Shown here: positions 62,947 to 64,000 of the stretch, in pieces
How the letters are laid out: each line of letters starts with the position of its first letter
Position numbering within the stretch: the first letter of the stretch is position 1
Made by a program: the position numbers and the translations under genes
Notes under the pieces: generated by a model
Databases searched by the model: none
Told to the model about the DNA's origin: nothing
The model's input: the letters and a program-made list of their open reading frames with translations, nothing else
Origin: Vicugna vicugna
Lineage: Eukaryota
Reading direction: 5' to 3'
DNA: 64,000 nucleotides
NCBI GenBank assembly: GCA_013265495.1
Contig: MU057377.1
Span: 124,001 to 188,000 of the forward strand

Positions 62947-64000
62947 CTCCCCGGGAGCCTTCACCGGACACGCTGTGTCTTCACGTGACGTAGCAGAGTC
63001 TGGCACCTCATTTTGTGACCACGAGTAGAGGTGGCTGAGGACAAAGCCAGGACCCTCAGGACGGCGGGGGAAAGGGTGGACTGGAAGACACGTTGGGCTG
63101 GTCAGTCCCTGAGCCAGACGACCTAGTCGCCTTCCGCAGTGAGAGACTCGCTGTTGCTGTTACACGTTGAGCGCCCTTATCTGATACGATTAGTCGGATT
63201 CCTTCATCATGGAAGCCATGCAAACCAAGTCAAAGAGTTGACGCCCTGAGTGTTGGCAATCAGACTATGTTTTTTTTTGAAAAACCCTCCCAAGTGATTC
63301 TTACACCCTCTTATCTTCCCTCTAATTCTTTCTACCCTCCATGGAAAACCTCTGGGGCAAGATGGTTGTGAAACCGAGTGAACAACACCTGATGAGTGAT
63401 GGATTATGCGGGTCAGGGAAAGGGAGAGGTCTGGACGACTGCCTGTGTTTGGTGTGGGCGGCGGGCTGGACGGCGCTGCCGGGCTAGGCGAGACGGAGAG
63501 AGGAGGAGTGTAAACCTGAAGGATGGCTGCAGTTGTGTTCATCCTGAATTTGAGGCGTCTGGGGAACGTTGGTGCTGGAAGGTGGTTAGATGTGTAATCC
63601 AGGGCTCACAGAAGGATCTCAGCCGTAAGACTGAGAAATTTGGTTGCTGTGGTTGAACGCATGTGTGTGGGTGAGATTGCCCAGGCAGACACCGCATTTG
63701 CCGAGTGTGGACGAGAGGAGAACACGGGGGACATGCGGACAACGTTGTGTTCCAGGGCAGAGCGACGGAGGGCGCCGTCGAGGGGGAGGGAAGACGGGTA
63801 CCGATGCTAACGGTGACGCGTCTCGTTTCATCTCAGATTTTTCTCAGAGAAATTCTGAGGCTTTTGTAGTTACTGAACTTTAATCAGGAGGTAAGCTTTA
63901 CATATTTCAGCTTTTTTTTCTTTAAAGCAGATCATTGAACGCTCCTTTCCTCTTTTATTTGATCAATTTATGGCGCTGCCTGCGGACCCCCCCCGGACAG

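Larger units (their letters stand above)
40754..64000 (+). other. DENND1B: DENND1B intron downstream of the 44-nt exon (partial; next exon not seen in window)
   Basis: Starts at donor GTTGGA. The next expected exon (EILQSVPKFCFPFDVE) was not found by eye before the window end. Confidence 0.8.

Noticed and set aside
1..64000. CRISPR arrays, operons, rRNA/snRNA genes, processed pseudogenes or viral ORFs
   Set aside because: None recognised; the window reads as vertebrate intron. Short or highly decayed examples could be missed by eye.

Overview
Mammalian nuclear DNA, very probably a camelid (two Vic-1-type tRNA-derived SINEs, Cetartiodactyla-type L1 ends). It is almost entirely intronic sequence of DENND1B (Rab35 GEF, connecdenn 2) on the + strand. 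The only coding sequence I can support is a 44-nt exon at 40710-40753 (DPVVLWKFPEDFADQ, matching human exon 3 as I recall it), with over 40 kb of intron upstream and over 23 kb downstream. The rest is layered interspersed repeats: old L1M/L2/MIR/MER5/Charlie, MaLR/ERVL/ERV1 solo LTRs, a ~5 kb sense-strand L1MA9-like element with an internal deletion, younger L1 fragments and SINEs with readable target-site duplications (TSDs), and microsatellites. The listed long ORFs are repeat-derived or chance. I see no novel multi-gene system. The most unusual observations are a tailless 174-bp insertion made only of an L1 5' end with a perfect 11-bp TSD, a candidate poison exon next to a CpG-rich CTCF-motif region, a 30-bp templated insertion within the large L1, and an old ~160-bp local duplication. 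Repeat family names come from remembered consensus sequences, not from a search.
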